DNA from: Desulfobacterales bacterium
Lineage (GTDB): Bacteria; Desulfobacterota; Desulfobacteria; Desulfobacterales; UBA2174
NCBI GenBank assembly: GCA_963668645.2
Contig: CAXXWC010000018.1
Span: forward strand, 64,001-128,000
DNA: 64,000 bases
Direction of reading: 5' to 3'
This document shows positions 59,643 to 64,000 of this stretch, in pieces; within the stretch, counting starts at the first letter, position 1, and each line of letters starts with the position of its first letter. The position numbers were made by a program, and so were the translations under genes. The notes beneath the pieces were generated by a model. That model saw only the letters and a program-made list of their open reading frames with translations, was not told where the DNA came from and did no database searches.

Positions 59643-60323
59643 ATGACAATCAACGTCGTTACCCGTATTGACGCCGAGGTGCCGCTGCGCCGTATCCTGG
59701 TGAGCGTCTCGGACAAAAGCGGCCTGGATCTTTTCATCCCCAATCTTCTGGACATCAATCCGGGCCTGCGGATTTTTTCCACCGGTGGGACCTTCGAGCG
59801 GATCCGCCAGATCCTCGGCAACCGGGCCGATGGGGTGTTGACCCAGGTGTCGGATTACACCGGCCAGCCCGAAACCCAGGGCGGACTGGTCAAGACCCTC
59901 GATTTCAAGATCTATCTCGGCCTGCTCACCGAGACGTACAACCCGGCCCACCAGGCGGACCTGGAGCGCACCGCAGCCGTGCCCATCGACATGGTGGTGG
60001 TCAATCTCTACCCCTTCGAGCAGACCGTGGCCGCAGCCGGAACCACCGCCGAACAGGCCCGGGGCAACATCGATATCGGCGGTCCCTGCATGATCCGGGC
60101 GGCGGCCAAAAATTTTATCCGGGTGGCCCCGGTGGTCGATCCGGCCGATTATCCCATGATCGCCGAGGCTTTGAAGGCCAATGCCGGCGCCACTTCGCTG
60201 CAACTTCGTCTCGGGTTGGCCAAGAAGGCTTTCGCCCACACGGCGCGCTACGACCAGGCCATCGCCGCCTACCTTGAGCCGCGCACGCTGGAGGAAGTGG
60301 AAGGCTGTTATTTTGGAAAATAG
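59643..60323 (+). CDS. IMP cyclohydrolase (PurH N-terminal domain as a separate gene)
   Basis: LVSVSDKSG, STGGT, GLVKTL, VNLYPF, IDIGGP, RAAAKNF. Confidence 0.9.
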   Translation: MTINVVTRIDAEVPLRRILVSVSDKSGLDLFIPNLLDINPGLRIFSTGGTFERIRQILGNRADGVLTQVSDYTGQPETQGGLVKTLDFKIYLGLLTETYNPAHQADLERTAAVPIDMVVVNLYPFEQTVAAAGTTAEQARGNIDIGGPCMIRAAAKNFIRVAPVVDPADYPMIAEALKANAGATSLQLRLGLAKKAFAHTARYDQAIAAYLEPRTLEEVEGCYFGK

Positions 60324-60429
60324 CCAGGCCCCCGGTTAATCACGGGGGTGGCCATCCACTCGGCGGTTGTTTCCGTTTTGAATCCGTATCAATAATTTGG
60401 CGTCGCAATCCGTTGCTCTGGAGGATCCC

Positions 60430-61680
60430 ATGGCAGAAGACCTCAAGAAGATGTACCGCACCATCGTTACCGATCATTTTCCGCCGCAGATGGAAATCAG
60501 CTTCGTGGAAGCCGAGCGGCGCCAGACCCTTTTTTACGAAAAGGTCACCTGGCACATCGGCGATGAGGATCGGGGGCTGCGCTACGGAGAGAACCCCGGC
60601 CAGGAGGCAGCCCTCTATCGGCTGGTCAATGGCAACCTCGTACTGGGCGAAACCGCGACAATCCTAGCGGGACGGTACCTGGCTTCGGATATCGAGCTGC
60701 TCCAGTCGGGCAAGCATCCGGGCAAGACCAACCTCACCGACGCGGATAACGCGCTGAACATCCTGCGCTATTTCACCGATCGGCCCACCGCGGTGATCGT
60801 CAAGCACAACAACCCCTGCGGCGTGGCGCGGGACGAAAGCCTGGAGACGGCCTACCGGCGGGCTTACATGGCCGATCGGGTGGCCGCTTTCGGCGGCTGC
60901 ATCGCCGTCAACCGCCCCCTGGATCTGGCCACGGCCGAGGCGGTGGCCGCCCAATACGCCGAAGTGGTCGTGGCGCCGGAATTCGAGGAGGGAACCTTGG
61001 CGGTGCTGGCGCGGCGCAAAAACCTGCGCGTGGTGCGCATCGGCAACATCGCCCGGCTGCAGCAATTCGTAGGCCAGCGCTGTGTGGACTTCAAGAGCCT
61101 GATCGACGGCGGGCTGATCGTCCAGTGGTCCTTTGTGCCCCAGGCCCGCACCGCGGCCGACTTGACCCTGGCCGGCTGCGAATACCAGGGCCGCAGCTAC
61201 CGCATCGAGCGGGAACCGAGCGCCGACGAAATCGAGGATCTGCTCTTCGGCTGGCTGGTGGAATCCGGGGTGACCTCCAATTCGGTGATCTACGTCAAGG
61301 ACAACGTCACCGTGGGGATCGGCACCGGTGAACAGGACCGGGTCGGGGTGGCCGAGATCGCCCGCGACAAGGCGTACCGCAAGCTGGCGGATCGATACTG
61401 TTTCGAAGCCTACGGCGAGGCTTACAACGATCTGGCCGATGCGGATCGCAAGGCCGGCATCGACGCGCGAGTGGCGGCCGAAAAGGGGGGCCTGGTGGGG
61501 GCCGCCATGGTCAGCGACGCCTTTTTCCCCTTTCGTGACGGGGTGGATGTGGGATTGCGCGAAGGGGTGACCGCGGTGATCCAGCCGGGCGGTGCCAACA
61601 ACGACCACCAGGTCATCACGGCCTGCAACGAGGCCAGTGCGACCATGGTCTTTACCGGTCAGCGCTGCTTCAAACATTGA
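60430..61680 (+). CDS. AICAR transformylase (PurH C-terminal domain as a separate gene)
   Basis: LRYGENPGQ, VKHNNPCGVA, SDAFFPFRDG, IQPGG, FTGQRCFKH; own GGAGG SD. Confidence 0.9.
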   Translation: MAEDLKKMYRTIVTDHFPPQMEISFVEAERRQTLFYEKVTWHIGDEDRGLRYGENPGQEAALYRLVNGNLVLGETATILAGRYLASDIELLQSGKHPGKTNLTDADNALNILRYFTDRPTAVIVKHNNPCGVARDESLETAYRRAYMADRVAAFGGCIAVNRPLDLATAEAVAAQYAEVVVAPEFEEGTLAVLARRKNLRVVRIGNIARLQQFVGQRCVDFKSLIDGGLIVQWSFVPQARTAADLTLAGCEYQGRSYRIEREPSADEIEDLLFGWLVESGVTSNSVIYVKDNVTVGIGTGEQDRVGVAEIARDKAYRKLADRYCFEAYGEAYNDLADADRKAGIDARVAAEKGGLVGAAMVSDAFFPFRDGVDVGLREGVTAVIQPGGANNDHQVITACNEASATMVFTGQRCFKH

Positions 61681-61825
61681 GCGCCGGGATTGCTTTTCTG
61701 CTTGGCATTCGCGGTGATCTTCTCTATAAACACCGGCCTAACCGCCGAGGGAGTCACCCGAGGACGGACACCAGCCAAACGGTTCAGGTGCCATGCCACC
61801 GGAACCCGTGACGGGGAATGCTGCT

Positions 61826-62113
61826 ATGAAGGATATGCGGTTTCCGGATCTGAGCGGAAAGATCATCTTGATCTACCTGACCAACCAGTGTGACGAGCAC
61901 AACGTGGTGCTCGAACAGGCCCGTTTTCAGATGCAGGGGGACAGACTCTTTGTCGTCGGGGTGTTTGCCGAAGGCACGACGGCCAACGACTGGGCTACGG
62001 GAATTCCCACTGCCGTGGCCTGGAGCAACGTTGAACAGTACCTGGTCTTCGATTCGTTGGAGGACTACTTCTACCGGATTTCTCTGGCTCACGAGAATCA
62101 GACGCTCCAATAG
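61826..62113 (+). CDS. Hypothetical protein
   Basis: 95-aa ORF filling the gap, with natural-looking composition and codon bias. Confidence 0.65.
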   Translation: MKDMRFPDLSGKIILIYLTNQCDEHNVVLEQARFQMQGDRLFVVGVFAEGTTANDWATGIPTAVAWSNVEQYLVFDSLEDYFYRISLAHENQTLQ

Positions 62114-62222
62114 AAGCTTTGGGGTCAGGCGGCTTGCACAACCCGGCCGGCGCCGGGCCCCCTTGATTCTTTTTTCCCCACCAGGAATAAAGGACGGTGC
62201 CAGCCGTCCGCCCCCCCTTTAT

Positions 62223-63434
62223 TCAAGCAGGCTGAATAGCGCTTGCCGGAAGTAAATGCCGGCACAGCGCCTCTGCCAGGCCTGCCACGGCGGTCTCGAT
62301 TGCCGTCTCTTGGGGCATGGTGAAATTCAGGCGCATGGTGTTCCGCCCCTGCTCCGGGTCGGGAAAGAAGTGGCGCCCGGGAACGAACGCCGTGCCGCAG
62401 GCTACCGCCGTTTCGTAAACCGGGTCCATATCCAGGCACGCCGGCCCTTTTACCCAGACGAACATTCCGCCCGCGGGCTTCGACCAGGAAAAGCCCGGGG
62501 GCAGATGCCGCTTCAGGGCAGCGAGCATCGCCTTGCAGCGAGGGCGGTAAAGGTCGAGAATCAGAGGCAGATGGCGCTCAAGGTGTCCGCCGGCCAGGTA
62601 CTCGGCCGCCAGGGCCTGGCTCAGGGTTCCGGTGTGCAGGTCGCACCCCTGCTTGGCCAGCACGAGCTGGCGGTCCAGGGGCGGAGGCGCAAGGCAGAAG
62701 CCCACCCGCAGCCCGGGCGAGAGCACTTTGCTCAGGGTGCCCACATAGACCGTGTGGTTCGGGGCCAGTTGTTTGACCGGCGTTGGCACCTCGCCCTGGT
62801 AGCACAGTGCCCCGTAAGGGTCGTCCTCCACCAGCAGGGTGCCCGTACGCCGCAGCACATCGGCCAGCGCCAGACGCCGTTCACGGTCCAATGTCTCCCC
62901 CGTGGGGTTTTGAAAAGTCGGTACCAGATAGACGAATTTGACCGGACGGCGCCTGACGGCTCTTTCCAGGGCCTCGGGGATCATCCCCTTCGCGTCGCTG
63001 GCGATGGTCACGTAGCGCGGTTCGTAGGGGTTGAAGGCCTGGAGCGCCCCGAGATAGGTTGGGGCCTGCACCGCCACCCGGTCTCCCGGAGAGATCAAGA
63101 CCTTTCCCAGGGCGTCGAGGGCCCCCTGGGAGCCGCTGGTGATCAGGATTCCATCTGCGCCGGCCGTGATGCCCCGCTGGCGCAGATGCACGGCCAGGGC
63201 CTCGCGCAAGGGGCCGAAGCCTTCCGAAGGGCCGTATTGCAGGGCCGCCGTCCCGTAACGGGACAGGACACGGTTGGTAAGATCGGCCATCAGGGCGGTG
63301 GGAAAGCTTTCCGGGGCCGGCAGGCCCCCGGCCAGCGAGATCATTCCCGGCTGTTCGGTGACCTTGAGGATCTCGCGGATGGCGCTGGCGCCCATGCGTT
63401 CGGTGCGCCTGGCGAGGCGGATCGTAGCACCCAT
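62223..63434 (-). CDS. PLP-dependent class I aminotransferase (2-aminoadipate / aromatic transaminase-like)
   Basis: ASAIREIL, ISLAGGLP, ALQYG, FQNPTG, EDDPY, LSKVLSPGLRVG, GGMF. Confidence 0.9.
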   Translation of the reverse strand: MGATIRLARRTERMGASAIREILKVTEQPGMISLAGGLPAPESFPTALMADLTNRVLSRYGTAALQYGPSEGFGPLREALAVHLRQRGITAGADGILITSGSQGALDALGKVLISPGDRVAVQAPTYLGALQAFNPYEPRYVTIASDAKGMIPEALERAVRRRPVKFVYLVPTFQNPTGETLDRERRLALADVLRRTGTLLVEDDPYGALCYQGEVPTPVKQLAPNHTVYVGTLSKVLSPGLRVGFCLAPPPLDRQLVLAKQGCDLHTGTLSQALAAEYLAGGHLERHLPLILDLYRPRCKAMLAALKRHLPPGFSWSKPAGGMFVWVKGPACLDMDPVYETAVACGTAFVPGRHFFPDPEQGRNTMRLNFTMPQETAIETAVAGLAEALCRHLLPASAIQPA

Positions 63435-63543
63435 TTTCGTGTTCCTTTGATGCATGTCCCGGAGCGGGCTCCGGGATACCGCAGTTTTCGCCGCGGCAGA
63501 TTGTCTCTGTCCAAGTGTCTGTCCATAAATGGACGGGCACCGG

Positions 63544-64000
63544 TTAAGGCCGCAGCCCGTCGATATAGCGCCCCAACTGCGCGCCGGTCTCCCGCAGCAC
63601 CGCCGGGTCGCGGCTGGCAGTGTAGAAGGTGGCGGCCCCGTTGAGGGCGATGAGGATGAAGTTGGCCACCTGTCGGTAGTCGTGGCCCGGTTTCAGGTGC
63701 CCGGCCGCCTCGGCCTCAGCCAGCCAGGATTGAATCAGCTTGGAGAAACCGACGAACCCGCGGAACAGATGGCGGCTCATGCCGGCCGCCTGACCGGACA
63801 ACTCCACGATCATATTGACGAAGAAACAGCCGCCGTCGAAGACCTCCGCACCCAGGTATGCGAAAAGGTGGTTGTCCGCCACGCGGGCGATGCGCTGCAA
63901 GGGATCGGCGGCAGGCTCGAGGCCGGCGAAGATGTGGGCCTTCCAGACGGCCACCGCTTCGTCGTAGACCGCGTACCAAAGATCCTCCTTGCTGCGGAAA
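63544..64000 (-). CDS. TetR/AcrR-family transcriptional regulator (5' partial)
   Basis: Frame is open to the window end and reads FRSKEDLWYAV (end of the TetR HTH), then GGCFFVN (NemR-like C-domain). Confidence 0.8.
   Translation of the reverse strand, partial: FRSKEDLWYAVYDEAVAVWKAHIFAGLEPAADPLQRIARVADNHLFAYLGAEVFDGGCFFVNMIVELSGQAAGMSRHLFRGFVGFSKLIQSWLAEAEAAGHLKPGHDYRQVANFILIALNGAATFYTASRDPAVLRETGAQLGRYIDGLRP

Noticed and set aside
61762..61771. GGACGGACAC matching the MITE terminus
   Set aside because: Only 10 bp, with no partner IR or duplication; may be chance.
1..64000. CRISPR array, rRNA, prophage, integron or retron
   Set aside because: No regularly spaced repeats, rRNA-like segment, phage genes, integrase or reverse transcriptase motifs were seen by eye.

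Overview
High-GC chromosomal window, most consistent with a sulfate-reducing Desulfobacterota (Desulfobacterales-like) bacterium; the taxon is inferred from gene content. In order it holds: a Na+-NQR operon (nqrA partial, B, C, D, E, F); a long-chain acyl-CoA ligase; a 1671-bp DDE insertion sequence with a 6-bp target duplication, next to a 142-bp MITE with related ends and its own 6-bp duplication; two hypothetical genes; a Zn alcohol dehydrogenase; a glutaredoxin/ferredoxin-disulfide reductase pair divergent from a stand-alone Ni-CO dehydrogenase (cooS) with a Fur-family-like box; a PAS sigma-54 activator; an mlaC-MMPL-mlaA operon; a housekeeping block (serA, ispE, tRNA-Gln, prs, rplY, pth, hppA, carD, rluD); an atypical cytochrome-linked rnf cluster; a radical SAM gene; the dcw cell-division cluster; a eukaryote-type SAM decarboxylase with spermidine synthase; a 909-aa HEAT-cNMP-PilZ protein; a split purH; and an aminotransferase with a partial TetR regulator. 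The best candidate for an undescribed system is the rnf-like cluster: RnfC has lost its FMN/NAD motifs, RnfD has lost its covalent-FMN threonine, rnfB is absent, and the first gene encodes a membrane-anchored five-heme class III cytochrome. A long rod-shaped hairpin sits where rnfB would be. No CRISPR array, rRNA or prophage was seen. All calls come from reading motifs by eye; no database searches were run.
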